DNA of 64,000 bases from an uncultured Clostridia bacterium. Lineage in GTDB: Bacteria > Bacillota > Clostridia > Oscillospirales > QAKW01. The translations under genes were made by a program, and so were the position numbers. Below the pieces are notes generated by a model. That model was not told the DNA's origin, did no database searches, and saw only the letters and a list, made by a program, of their open reading frames with translations. The stretch covers positions 94,056 to 158,055 of the forward strand of contig CALXGQ010000009.1 in the NCBI GenBank assembly GCA_944387895.1. The letters are read 5' to 3'. Of the stretch, positions 63,595 through 64,000 are shown piece by piece; position 1 is the first letter of the stretch; every line of letters starts with the position of its first letter.

Positions 63595-64000
63595 TTAATC
63601 AAAAGGGACAAAAGGCAGCTCGACATCGCTTGATCCGGAATCCCCGGTATCATCAGCATTGCCGGCGTCGCCAGAATTGCCGGTATCTCCGGCGTCCCCG
63701 GCGTCGCCGTTATCATCGGAATTGCCGGAATCCGGCACGTCCTCCTGACCGTTTTCCCCATCCGAAGTAGAATCTTCCGGATCATCCGGCTGATTCGTCT
63801 GGGAAGAATCAGAGGAAGTGGCATCATCCAGATCGGTTTCAGAGGAAGGAGCGCCGGAATCCTCGCCGCTCTGCCCCGCCCCGGAATCGCCCGAAGCTTC
63901 AGAACCGCCGCCGGAGCTGCCGGAAGCCGATCCGCTGCCGGAGCCGCCGGAGCTGCCGCCGGCATCGGCGCCCTGCTCCTCCGACGAAGAATCCTCGCCG
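63595..64000 (-). CDS. C-terminal 134 codons of a Ser/Gly/Asp-rich, strongly acidic low-complexity protein (gene continues beyond the window)
   Basis: Own codon-by-codon translation of a frame not in the ORF track: GEDSSSEEQGADAGGSSGGSGSGS...GDAGDAGDTGNSGDAGNADDTGDSGSSDVELPFVPFD*. Open from the window edge to TAA at 63597..63595. Normal third-position codon pattern. Confidence 0.6.
   Translation of the reverse strand, partial: GEDSSSEEQGADAGGSSGGSGSGSASGSSGGGSEASGDSGAGQSGEDSGAPSSETDLDDATSSDSSQTNQPDDPEDSTSDGENGQEDVPDSGNSDDNGDAGDAGDTGNSGDAGNADDTGDSGSSDVELPFVPFD

Noticed and set aside
63570-63965. ORF-track frame MPAAAPAAPAADRLPAAP... (131 aa).
   Set aside because: It is a Pro/Ala/Arg-rich off-frame product that overlaps the start of the kinase-like gene. 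The alternative frame is open to the window edge, has ordinary codon usage, and stops 14 nt before an RBS and ATG, so it is preferred.

Overview
This is a GC-rich chromosomal window from what looks like a spore-forming, strictly anaerobic Firmicute of the Clostridia type. That placement is an inference from sigG, a MecA/ClpE pair, ECF transporter genes, an IspH-S1 fusion and an electron-bifurcating [FeFe]-hydrogenase operon. I can support about 70 protein genes and one tRNA-Thr(CGU). About 85% of genes lie on the minus strand, including an unbroken co-directional run from 19225 down to 1. Most content is core housekeeping: frr-pyrH; a late division cluster (ylmE-sepF-ylmG-ylmH-divIVA) followed by lspA-rluD; miaB-ricA-like-mutS-mutL-miaA; cmk and ispH-S1; nrdR; cdaA-cdaR; sigG; serC-serA; rpsU; clpE; ecfA1A2T-truA; and ruvCAB. 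I saw no rRNA, CRISPR array, transposase, integrase, prophage or recognisable defence genes. Four regions deserve a second look. (1) At the right edge (62120..64000) a translationally coupled HPr-kinase-like / PqqD(RRE)-like / S24-S26 peptidase trio follows a Ser/Gly/Asp-rich gene that the ORF track misses, and no known RiPP core enzyme is visible. (2) A five-gene DRTGG / RsbW-like / HydA-like Fe-S / DRTGG / PHP cassette sits upstream of hydC-GHKL-hydD-hydB-hydA, and its HydA-like member has degenerate H-cluster motifs. (3) An Lsa-type ABC-F gene is preceded by a 7-codon leader ORF and an intrinsic terminator. (4) A stand-alone sigG carries a forespore-type promoter. All calls come from reading the sequence and from remembered family signatures. 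No BLAST, HMM or RNA-folding run was possible, so family names are provisional and start codons are often uncertain by a few codons.
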